A model generated the notes under the pieces. The model was given only the letters and a program-made list of their open reading frames with translations, searched no databases and had not been told where the DNA came from. Source: PVC group bacterium (GTDB taxonomy: Bacteria > Auribacterota > Erginobacteria > Erginobacterales > Erginobacteraceae). From it: a stretch of DNA of 44,645 nt. The translations under genes and the position numbers were made by a program. This document shows, piece by piece, positions 36,513 to 44,625 of this stretch (positions are counted from its first letter, which is position 1; every line of letters begins with the position of its first letter). The stretch covers positions 1 to 44,645 of the forward strand of contig PWXJ01000162.1 in the NCBI GenBank assembly GCA_003561965.1, given 5' to 3'.

Positions 36513-36518
36513 ATTCCT

Positions 36519-36606
36519 TAATCGGTATCGGGATCGCTATCGGTATCGGGATCGAGTCACGACAGCCTTTCGATAGCGATCCCGATCCCGATAGCGATAG
36601 CGATTA
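36519..36606. repeat. Long inverted repeat made of ATCG(G/C)(T/G) hexamers
   Basis: TA-ATCGGT ATCGGG ATCGCT ATCGGT ATCGGG ATCGA, 14-nt loop, TCGAT AGCGAT CCCGAT CCCGAT AGCGAT AGCGAT-TA. Confidence 0.9.
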
Positions 36607-36638
36607 TCCCTGATCGGGAGCAACTATAAGGGGTAATA

Positions 36639-37664
36639 ATGGACACGATAAAAGTCGCGGTGGTCGGGGTCGGACACCTGGGGTCCCGCCACGCCCGAAT
36701 TTATTCCGAACTCGACCGGGTCGAACTGGTCGGGGTGGTGGACAGCGATCCGGACCGGGCCGGGGAGGTCGGCCGGGAATACGGCTGCCGGGCCTTCCGG
36801 CGGGTGGAGGATCTCCCCGGGGAGGTCGAGGCGGTCAGCGTGGTGGTCCCGACCGACCGCCACCACCAGGTCGCTGCCGCCCTGATGGAACGGGGCTGCC
36901 ACCTGCTGGTCGAGAAGCCGATCACCGACTCCATCCCCACCGCCCGGGAGCTGCTCCGCCAGGCGGAGAAGAACGGACTCCTCCTCCAGGTCGGCCACGT
37001 CGAACGGTTCAACCCCGGGATCCTCGCCCTGGAGAAGATTATCAAGGAACCGCGTTTCATCGAATGCCACCGCAACGCGCCCTTCCAACCCCGGGGGACC
37101 GAGGTCGGGGTGGTTCTGGACCTGATGATCCACGACCTGGACATCATCCTCCACCTGGTCGCCTCGCCGGTGGAGAGCCTGGAAGCGGTCGGGGCCACCG
37201 TCCTCTCCGGGCACGAGGATATCGCCAACGCCCGGATCAAATTCAAGAGCGGGTGCATCGCCAACATCACCACCAGCCGGATCAGCCCGGGAAAGTTGAG
37301 AAAGATCCGGGTCTTTCAGGACGACGCCTACATCTCCCTCGACTATATGGGCCGGGCGGGAAAGGTCTTCCGGAAGACCGGCGGCCGGATCGAAGCCGGC
37401 GAACTGGCGATCCGGGACGGCGAACCGCTCAAGCTCGAGCTGGAGTCCTTTCTCGAGGCGGTCCGCCTGGGAGGCAAACCCCAGGTGGCGGCCGAGGACA
37501 GCCTGGCCGCCCTGAGGGTGGCGGTCGAGGTGACCCGTGAGGTGGAGAAGTGCGAGAAAAAACTGCAAAAACTCCGGGAAAAATCCGCCGGGGAGCTGGA
37601 AGGCGGCCAGCTGGAGATTCCGGGTATCGGGAACGGGGAATGGGGAATGGGGAATGGGGAATAG
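36639..37664 (+). CDS. Gfo/Idh/MocA oxidoreductase, GnnA-like (UDP-GlcNAc 3-dehydrogenase candidate)
   Basis: VAVVGVGHLG, HLLVEKPI, QVGHVERFNP, VVLDLMIHDLD, DIANARI, SRIS; directly upstream of lpxB. Confidence 0.85.
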   Translation: MDTIKVAVVGVGHLGSRHARIYSELDRVELVGVVDSDPDRAGEVGREYGCRAFRRVEDLPGEVEAVSVVVPTDRHHQVAAALMERGCHLLVEKPITDSIPTARELLRQAEKNGLLLQVGHVERFNPGILALEKIIKEPRFIECHRNAPFQPRGTEVGVVLDLMIHDLDIILHLVASPVESLEAVGATVLSGHEDIANARIKFKSGCIANITTSRISPGKLRKIRVFQDDAYISLDYMGRAGKVFRKTGGRIEAGELAIRDGEPLKLELESFLEAVRLGGKPQVAAEDSLAALRVAVEVTREVEKCEKKLQKLREKSAGELEGGQLEIPGIGNGEWGMGNGE

Positions 37665-37669
37665 GGAAA
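37621..37669. repeat. Heptamer tandem repeat GGGGAAT (7 units, 4 perfect)
   Basis: CGGGTAT CGGGAAC GGGGAAT x4 AGGGAAA across the oxidoreductase/lpxB junction. Confidence 0.9.
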
Positions 37670-38802
37670 TAATGATCGTCGCCGGGGAGACGTCCGGGGA
37701 TATTCACGGAGGGCGGCTCTGCCGGGAGTTGAAGAAACTCGACCCGGAGATCCGTCTCTTCGGGATGGGCGGGGAGCGGATGGCCGCGGCCGGGGTGGAA
37801 CTGGTCCAGGAGATCGGGAAGACCGGGGTGGTCGGTTTCTGGGAGGTTTACAAGGATATCGGCCGTTACCGGAAGATCTTCCATAACCTGGTCCGGGTGA
37901 TGGAGGAACGCCGGCCCCGGGCGGTGATTTTAATCGACTACCCCGGTTTCAACCTCCGGTTCGCCCGCCGGGCTCGCGAACGGGGGGTCAGGGTCATCTA
38001 TTATATCAGCCCCCAGCTCTGGGCCTGGGGGAAACGGCGGGTGGAAAAGGTCCGGCGGTTTGTCGACCGGATGATAGTGATCTTCCAATTCGAGCAGGAG
38101 TTCTACGCCCGGGAGGGGATCGAGGCGGTCTGGGTCGGCCATCCGCTGGTGGCCGAGCTCGACCGCTCCCCGGACCGGGATTCCGCCCGGAAGACCCTGG
38201 AGACAACCGGATCCCCGGTAATCGGGCTCCTCCCCGGCTCCCGGAAGTCCGAGATCGAAAAGATCCTTCCGGTGCTGCTTCAGACCGCCGGCCGGATCTC
38301 CCGGGATTTCCCGGAAGCCGAATTCCTCCTCCCGGCGGCGACGGCCGGGCTGCGGCCGCCCATCGACGACTGCCTCCGGGATTCCCCGGTCCGGGTCCGG
38401 GCGGAAGAAGGGTTGAGCCGGGAGGTCATCGCCGGGGCCGACCTCCTCCTGGCCGCCTCGGGTACCGTGACCCTGGAGGCGGCGCTCCTGGCCCCCCCGC
38501 TGATCATCATCTACCGGCTGAGTTTTTTCACCTGGCTTTTCATCCGGATGATGATTAGAATACCCCACATCGGGCTGGTCAACATCGTGGCGGGAAAGGA
38601 AATCGTCCCGGAATTCATCCAGTACCGGGCCCGGCCGGACCGGATCGCCCGGGAAGCGAAAAAAATCCTCTCCCGGCCGGAGATCCGCCGGCGGATGGCC
38701 GAGGAACTGGCCGAGGTCGGAAAAGCCCTCGGCGAGCCGGGCTCCAGCCGGCGGGCCGCCCGGGCCTGCCTGGAAGCAATCGCCGACCGCGCCGACAACT
38801 AG
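37654..38802 (+). CDS. lpxB: Lipid-A-disaccharide synthase
   Basis: IMIVAGETSGD, IDYPGFN, YYISPQLWAWG, VGHPL, LLPGSR, ASGTVTLE, LVNIVAG; start at ATG 37654 or 37672. Confidence 0.95.
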   Translation: MGNREIMIVAGETSGDIHGGRLCRELKKLDPEIRLFGMGGERMAAAGVELVQEIGKTGVVGFWEVYKDIGRYRKIFHNLVRVMEERRPRAVILIDYPGFNLRFARRARERGVRVIYYISPQLWAWGKRRVEKVRRFVDRMIVIFQFEQEFYAREGIEAVWVGHPLVAELDRSPDRDSARKTLETTGSPVIGLLPGSRKSEIEKILPVLLQTAGRISRDFPEAEFLLPAATAGLRPPIDDCLRDSPVRVRAEEGLSREVIAGADLLLAASGTVTLEAALLAPPLIIIYRLSFFTWLFIRMMIRIPHIGLVNIVAGKEIVPEFIQYRARPDRIAREAKKILSRPEIRRRMAEELAEVGKALGEPGSSRRAARACLEAIADRADN

Positions 38803-38803
38803 T

Positions 38804-40615
38804 ATGAGAAGCTACCTGGTAATGCTGAAACTGGTCCGCCGGTACTGGTTGTTCGTGCTTCTGGCGGTGGTCCTCTCCACCCTGATCAGCACCACGATGG
38901 GGGGCAGTTTCGCCGCCATCGTCCCCTTCTGGTCGAGGATCGTTGAGGGGGATCCCTTTATCCCCCAGGTCTCGATTCCCCTGCCCCAGGGGATCGAAGC
39001 CGCCCTGAACTCTTTCGCCGACTGGGTCAACAGCCTGCCCAACCAGCAGCTGCTCTTTTACCTGCTTTACTTCGTGATCGGCTCCACCCTGCTCCGGGGG
39101 CTCTTCCAGTTCACCACCGACGTCACCCTCCAGTTCATCGGCAACACCGTGGTCCGCGACGTCCGCTCCCGGCTCTACCGCCACCTCCAGGGCCTTTCGA
39201 TGGATTACTTCAGCGAACAGAAGACCGGGGAACTGATGGCCCGGGTAACTTACGACTCCGAACTCCTCCACCGCGGGGTCGCCGACGGCCTGACCCGGCT
39301 CTTCACCCAGACCTTCGACCTGGTTCTCTACCTCTCGATCACCTTTATCCTCAACTGGAAACTCTCCCTGGTGGTCTTCGCGGTCTTCGGGCTGATCCTC
39401 CCCCCGGTAATAATCATCGGCAACGTGATCAAGAAACTCTCCTCCCACTCCCAGGAAAAGATCGGGACCATCTCCACGATGCTCCAGGAGACGATCTCGG
39501 GGATTCGGGTGGTCAAGGCCTTCTCGATGGAGAACTACGAGACCCGGAGATTCGACCGGCACAACCGCCGCTTCTACCGGATTATGATGCGGATGGCCCG
39601 GCGGGACGCCCTGCTCTCCCCGATCACCGAGTTCGTGGTTCTGCTGGCGGCGGCGATCGTCTTCGTCTTTATGGGCCGGGCGATGCTGGCCGGGGAGATG
39701 GGCGCCGGGGGGACCTTCATCCTTTACCTGGTCTGCCTGGGTTCGATCCCCCGCCCGGTCAAGCAGCTGGGCAAGACCAATAATATGATCCAGCGGGCGT
39801 CGGCCGCCGCCGACCGGATCCAGTCCGTCCTCGACCTGAAGAGTTCCGTGGTCGAGAAACCCGACGCCGGCATCCTCCCCGAGTTCCGGGATTCGATCCG
39901 GCTGGAGAACGTCGCTTTCTCCTATAACGGAGGAATCCCGGTCCTGAGGGAGATCAACCTCGAGGTCAAGAGGGGCGAGGTCCTGGCGATCGTCGGCTCG
40001 AGCGGCTCCGGAAAGAGCACCCTGGTCAACCTCCTCCCCCGGTTCTACGACCCGACCTCGGGCCGGGTCCTGATCGACGGGCACGACCTGAAGGACGTGA
40101 CCCTGAAATCCCTCCGGGCCCAGACCGGCATCGTCACCCAGGAAACCATCCTCTTCAACGACTCGGTGGCCCGGAATATCTCCTACGGGATGAAGGGCAC
40201 CTCCCGGGAAAAGATCGAGAACGCCGCCCGGATGGCCAACGCCCACGATTTCATCGTCCGGATGCCCCACGGCTACGATACCACCATCGGGGAGCGGGGC
40301 TTTATGCTCTCCGGGGGGGAGCGACAGCGGATCGCCCTGGCCCGGGCGATATTAAAAGACCCGCCGATCCTGATCCTTGACGAGGCGACCTCGGCCCTTG
40401 ACGCCGAGTCGGAGCGGCTGGTCCAGGAGGCGATCGCCCGCCTGATGTTCCACCGGACGGTCTTCGTGATCGCCCACCGCCTCTCCACGATCAAGAACGC
40501 CTCTCGGATCATCGTCCTCGACGGCGGCCGGATCGTCCAGGAAGGAACCCACGACGACCTGATCGAGGTCGAAGGGCTCTACAAGAAGCTCTACGAGATG
40601 CAGTTCAGCGACTGA
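38804..40615 (+). CDS. msbA: MsbA-like ABC exporter (TMD and NBD)
   Basis: TM domain, GSSGSGKST, LSGGERQR, ILDEATSALD, IAHRLST; follows lpxB. Confidence 0.85.
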   Translation: MRSYLVMLKLVRRYWLFVLLAVVLSTLISTTMGGSFAAIVPFWSRIVEGDPFIPQVSIPLPQGIEAALNSFADWVNSLPNQQLLFYLLYFVIGSTLLRGLFQFTTDVTLQFIGNTVVRDVRSRLYRHLQGLSMDYFSEQKTGELMARVTYDSELLHRGVADGLTRLFTQTFDLVLYLSITFILNWKLSLVVFAVFGLILPPVIIIGNVIKKLSSHSQEKIGTISTMLQETISGIRVVKAFSMENYETRRFDRHNRRFYRIMMRMARRDALLSPITEFVVLLAAAIVFVFMGRAMLAGEMGAGGTFILYLVCLGSIPRPVKQLGKTNNMIQRASAAADRIQSVLDLKSSVVEKPDAGILPEFRDSIRLENVAFSYNGGIPVLREINLEVKRGEVLAIVGSSGSGKSTLVNLLPRFYDPTSGRVLIDGHDLKDVTLKSLRAQTGIVTQETILFNDSVARNISYGMKGTSREKIENAARMANAHDFIVRMPHGYDTTIGERGFMLSGGERQRIALARAILKDPPILILDEATSALDAESERLVQEAIARLMFHRTVFVIAHRLSTIKNASRIIVLDGGRIVQEGTHDDLIEVEGLYKKLYEMQFSD

Positions 40616-40632
40616 TCCGGCCGCTCTTTCCT

Positions 40633-41304
40633 ATGGCATCCGATCTTCTCAACTCCCTCGCCCCGTCCCTGGCGGCGGGCTATATCCGGCTGGTCGGGAC
40701 GGCTTCCCACTGGGAGTACGAAGATTTCGAACCGGTCAGGGAATTCTTCGAGGGCGGCCGGAGGGCCATCTTCGCCTTCTGGCACAACCGCTTCATCCTG
40801 ATGCCCTATTTTTACCGCCACCGCCAGGGGAGGTCGCGGATCGCGGTGATCGTCAGCCCCAGCCGCGACGGCCGGCTGGTGGAGGATTTTATCGGCCGGT
40901 TCGGCTTCCGGACGGTCCGGGGGTCGAGCAGCCGGGACGGGGAAAAGGCAATGATCTCCCTGGTCCGCCTCCTCCGGCAAGACTGGAACGCGGCGGTCAC
41001 CCCGGACGGACCCCGGGGTCCCCGTTACCGGGTCCAGGACGGGATCCTGACCCTGGCGGCGATCTCCGGCCTCCCGATCGTCCCCGTCTCCTGCTCGGCC
41101 TCGCTCCGCCTGGTCTTCCGGGGAAGCTGGGACCACTTCCGGCTCCCCCTGCCCGGATCGCGGATCCGGATGGTCTTCGGACAGCCCCTGGCGGTGGGGA
41201 AAAACCTTGAAGAGAGAACCCGGGACAACCTGCGGGAAGAACTGCGCCGGCGCCTGCGGCGGGCCGACCGCCGGGCCGAAACCCTGGCCGGACACCGGCG
41301 CTGA
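40633..41304 (+). CDS. Lysophospholipid acyltransferase family protein (DUF374)
   Basis: IFAFWHNR, VSPSRDG, VRGSSSRDG, TPDGPRGP, WDHFRLPLP. Confidence 0.88.
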   Translation: MASDLLNSLAPSLAAGYIRLVGTASHWEYEDFEPVREFFEGGRRAIFAFWHNRFILMPYFYRHRQGRSRIAVIVSPSRDGRLVEDFIGRFGFRTVRGSSSRDGEKAMISLVRLLRQDWNAAVTPDGPRGPRYRVQDGILTLAAISGLPIVPVSCSASLRLVFRGSWDHFRLPLPGSRIRMVFGQPLAVGKNLEERTRDNLREELRRRLRRADRRAETLAGHRR

Positions 41305-41318
41305 CCGGGAAAATCCCC

Positions 41319-41346
41319 TTGCCCGGCTCCGGTACTCTGCTATACT
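41319..41346 (+). promoter_or_regulatory. Promoter of rpsB-tsf-pyrH-frr
   Basis: TTGCCC-16 nt-TATACT with extended -10 TGc. Confidence 0.65.
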
Positions 41347-41502
41347 ACGCCCCACTCGAAATACCGGCCGGGAGCGGGGAAAGTTTCCCCGGCGCCAACT
41401 CCCCGGTCGTCATCGTAACCCCGGTAGTATCAACGTCCCCGCCGCCGAGCGGGGAGACAACATATCAGCCGGCGACCGATCCGGTTGAGCAAAGGAGGAA
41501 AG

Positions 41503-42417
41503 GTGAGTTCAGTGACCATCAAGGAACTGCTCGATGCCGGAGTTCATTTCGGCCATCAGACCAGACGCTGGAACCCGAAGATGGAGGATTTTATCTTCGA
41601 GGCCCGCAGCAAGATTCATATCATAGATGTCCGCCGGACCAGAAGGCAGCTCCTGGCCGCCCTCGACTATATCCGGGAGAAGGTGGCCGAGGGAGAGGAT
41701 GTCCTCTTCGTCGGAACCAAGAAACAGGCCCGGGAGATCCTGAAAGAGAGCGCCGAGCGGCTCCGGATGCACTACGTGACCGACCGCTGGCTGGGGGGAG
41801 CGCTGACCAACTTCCGGACCATCCGGCTCTCGATCAACCGCCTGATCGAACTGGAAGCCCTCCGGGAGGGCGACGCCCTGACCGGCCGGTCGAAGAAAGA
41901 AGTGGCCTCGCTGAGGCGGGAAGAACACAAGCTTCACCGGAACCTCGACGGCATCCGGGCGATGGAGGAGCTGCCGGGGGTGATGGTGGTCTTCGATATC
42001 GGCCGGGAACTGAACGCGGTCCGGGAGGCCCGGAAGCTGAAAATCCCGATCGTGGCCGTGGTTGACACCAACTGCGACCCGACCCTGGTCGACTTTCCCA
42101 TCCCCGGCAACGACGACGGAATCCGGGCCACCAGGCTGATGGTGGCCAAGATCGAGGAAGCGATTATGGAGGGGATCGAACTCCGCAAGCGGAGGATCGG
42201 GGAGAAGAAGGATAAAGAAAAGAAAGATAAAGAGAAGAAGGATACAGAGAGAAAGGATAAAGAAAAGAAAGATACAGAGAAAAAGGCTAAAGAGAAGGAA
42301 GACAAAGAGGTGGAGGGGGAAGCGGAGAAAAAACCCGCCGCCCGGAAGCGAAAAATCTCCGAAGCCGCCGCGGAAAAAACTGAAATCAGTGCCGGAAGCG
42401 AGGAGTCGAAAGCGTAA
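41503..42417 (+). CDS. rpsB: 30S ribosomal protein uS2
   Basis: ELLDAGVHFGHQTRRWNPKM, LFVGTKKQA, RWLGGALTN, VDTNCDP, PGNDD; GTG start after AGGAGG. Confidence 0.96.
   Translation: MSSVTIKELLDAGVHFGHQTRRWNPKMEDFIFEARSKIHIIDVRRTRRQLLAALDYIREKVAEGEDVLFVGTKKQAREILKESAERLRMHYVTDRWLGGALTNFRTIRLSINRLIELEALREGDALTGRSKKEVASLRREEHKLHRNLDGIRAMEELPGVMVVFDIGRELNAVREARKLKIPIVAVVDTNCDPTLVDFPIPGNDDGIRATRLMVAKIEEAIMEGIELRKRRIGEKKDKEKKDKEKKDTERKDKEKKDTEKKAKEKEDKEVEGEAEKKPAARKRKISEAAAEKTEISAGSEESKA
42205..42309 (+). repeat. 15-bp coding tandem repeat (KKDKE-like x7) in the uS2 tail
   Basis: AAGAAGGATAAAGAA AAGAAAGATAAAGAG AAGAAGGATACAGAG AGAAAGGATAAAGAA ... Confidence 0.85.
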
Positions 42418-43227
42418 ATGAATATCAGTTCACGACAGGTAAAGGAATTGAGAGATCGGACCGGGGCCGGGATCCTGGCCTGCAAGAAAGCCCTCCAGCA
42501 GACCGGGGGCGACCTGGAAAAGGCGATTGACATCCTCCGGGCCGAGGGGGCGGCCAGGGCCGCCAAACGGGAAAGCCGGGAAGCCCGGGAAGGGCTGATC
42601 CGGCTCCGGCAGGGCGAGGGCGGCCGCCGGGCCGCCCTGCTCGAGCTGAACTGCGAGACCGACTTCGTCGCCCGGACCGATGACTTCGCCCGCCTGGCCG
42701 ACGACCTGACCGACCTCCTCCTGGCCGGGGGCGAAGAAGCCCTCCAGGGGAAAGAACCCCAATCCCGGATCTCCGAAATGGCGGCGACGATCGGTGAGAA
42801 GATCACCCTGGGCCGGGCCGTGCGCTGGGAGAAGGACGGCCGGATCGGCGCTTACCTTCACCACAACGGGAGGGCGGCCGCCCTGGTCGAACTCTCCGAG
42901 GACCTCCCCGAGGCGGCGGCGGAACTGGCGATGCAGGTGGCGGCCACCAATCCCCCGTTCCTCTCCGAGGACGATGTCCCCCCGGAAGAGAAGGAGCGGG
43001 AGTGGGAGATCTTCCGCCAGCAGATCCAGGACAAGCCGGAAGCCATCCAGGAGAAGATCATCACCGGCAAGTGGCGCAAGCGGCTGACCGAACTGACCCT
43101 GGTCAATTCCCCCTTTCTCCGCGACGACAAGATCAGCGTCGCCCGCTACCTCGAACAGCAGCAGTCCCCTTCCGGAAAGCCGGTCGAGATCAGGGATTTC
43201 GTTCTCTTCCGCCTGGGGGAAGCGTAA
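42418..43227 (+). CDS. tsf: Elongation factor Ts
   Basis: VKELRDRTGAGILACKKAL, ELNCETDFVA, AMQVAATNP, KIITGK. Confidence 0.96.
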   Translation: MNISSRQVKELRDRTGAGILACKKALQQTGGDLEKAIDILRAEGAARAAKRESREAREGLIRLRQGEGGRRAALLELNCETDFVARTDDFARLADDLTDLLLAGGEEALQGKEPQSRISEMAATIGEKITLGRAVRWEKDGRIGAYLHHNGRAAALVELSEDLPEAAAELAMQVAATNPPFLSEDDVPPEEKEREWEIFRQQIQDKPEAIQEKIITGKWRKRLTELTLVNSPFLRDDKISVARYLEQQQSPSGKPVEIRDFVLFRLGEA

Positions 43228-43234
43228 TTCATTC

Positions 43235-43258
43235 ACTCGTACACGTTCTTGTACTCGT
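43235..43258. repeat. Hexamer micro-repeat ACTCGT family, copy 1
   Basis: ACTCGT ACACGT TCTTGT ACTCGT just after the tsf stop. Confidence 0.7.
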
Positions 43259-43299
43259 TAGAATATCAGCGGTGAAATAAGCATCACCGGGAGAAGACG

Positions 43300-44019
43300 A
43301 TGACCGACCGCCGGACGGGCTGCGACCGGGTGATCCTGAAGATCAGCGGGGAGAGCCTGGCCGGGGAGGAGGGCCAGCCGTTCGACCCCCGGGCCCTCGA
43401 CCAACTGATCGACCGGATCCGGGAAGGGCGACAGAGCGGCGCCGGACTGGGGATCGTCTGCGGCGGGGGTAACATCATCCGGGGACGGCTGGCCGGCTCC
43501 GGGCTGCTCGAGCGGACCACCGCTGACGGGATGGGGATGCTGGCCACGGTGATCAACAGCCTGGCCATCCGGGACGGCCTCGAACGGTCCGGGATCCCGG
43601 CCCGGCTCTTCTCCTCGGTTCCGGCCGGAGTCCTGGCCGAACCTTATTCCCCCCGCTCCGCCCGGGCCGCCCTGGACCGGGGCGAGGTGGCGGTCCTCTC
43701 CGGGGGGACCGGAAACCCTTATGTCTCGACCGACACCGCGGCGGTGCTCCGGGCCTGCGATCTCGGGGCCGGGGCGGTCCTGAAGGCGACCACCGTCGAC
43801 GGGATCTACAGCGCCGACCCGAAGACCGACCCCTCCGCCCGGCGGCTCGACCGGGTCTCATATGCCCGGGCCCTGGCCGAGGATTTAAGGATTATGGACG
43901 GCCCGGCGATCGCCCTGGCCCGGGAGAACCGGATCGCGGTGATCGTCTTCGATTTCCGGGAGAAAGACGCCGTCCGGCGGGCGGTCGGGGGAGAGCCGGT
44001 CGGGACCATCCTCAACTGA
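43300..44019 (+). CDS. pyrH: UMP kinase
   Basis: ILKISGESL, GGGNIIRG, DGMGMLAT, GGTGNPY..TDTAA, VDGIYSADP, LRIMD. Confidence 0.95.
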   Translation: MTDRRTGCDRVILKISGESLAGEEGQPFDPRALDQLIDRIREGRQSGAGLGIVCGGGNIIRGRLAGSGLLERTTADGMGMLATVINSLAIRDGLERSGIPARLFSSVPAGVLAEPYSPRSARAALDRGEVAVLSGGTGNPYVSTDTAAVLRACDLGAGAVLKATTVDGIYSADPKTDPSARRLDRVSYARALAEDLRIMDGPAIALARENRIAVIVFDFREKDAVRRAVGGEPVGTILN

Positions 44020-44040
44020 ACCCCAGAGGAGGGAAGCACT

Positions 44041-44601
44041 ATGAAACTGGAGAGCATCCTCGAAGAGGCGGAACTGAAGATGATGAAATCGGTCGAGGTG
44101 GTCAAGAGCGAGTTCTCCTCGATCCGGACCGGGAAGGCCTCCCCGGCCCTGGTCGAGAACCTCCTGGTCGATTACTACGGCTCCAGGACCCGGCTGCGGG
44201 ACCTGGCCGGGATCTCCACCCCGGAGGCCCGGCTCCTGGTCGTCCAGCCCTGGGACCCCGGGGCGCTGGAGGCGGTGGCCAAGGCAATCCAGTCGGCCAA
44301 CATCGGGCTCAACCCGATGAACGACGGCAAGATCATCCGGATCCCGATCCCGGAGATGAGCGAGGAACGGCGGCAGGATATGGTCCGGGTGATCAAGACC
44401 ATCAGCGAGGAAGGCCGGGTCTCGATCCGGAACATCCGCCGGGAGGCCAACAACGAACTGGAGACCATCTTCAAGGCCGGCTCGCTCCCCGAGGACGACA
44501 AGTTCCGGGGGTTGAAGGAAGTCCAGGAGAAGACCGATGGGTACATCGAGGAGATCGACAATCTCCTCAAGGAGAAGGAAGAGGAACTGCTGCGGATATA
44601 A
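44041..44601 (+). CDS. frr: Ribosome recycling factor
   Basis: IRTGKASP, VDYYG, VQPWD, GLNPMNDG..IRIPIP..SEERR, IRNIRR. Confidence 0.96.
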   Translation: MKLESILEEAELKMMKSVEVVKSEFSSIRTGKASPALVENLLVDYYGSRTRLRDLAGISTPEARLLVVQPWDPGALEAVAKAIQSANIGLNPMNDGKIIRIPIPEMSEERRQDMVRVIKTISEEGRVSIRNIRREANNELETIFKAGSLPEDDKFRGLKEVQEKTDGYIEEIDNLLKEKEEELLRI

Positions 44602-44625
44602 ATCCACTTCCAACCCCTGATCCAT

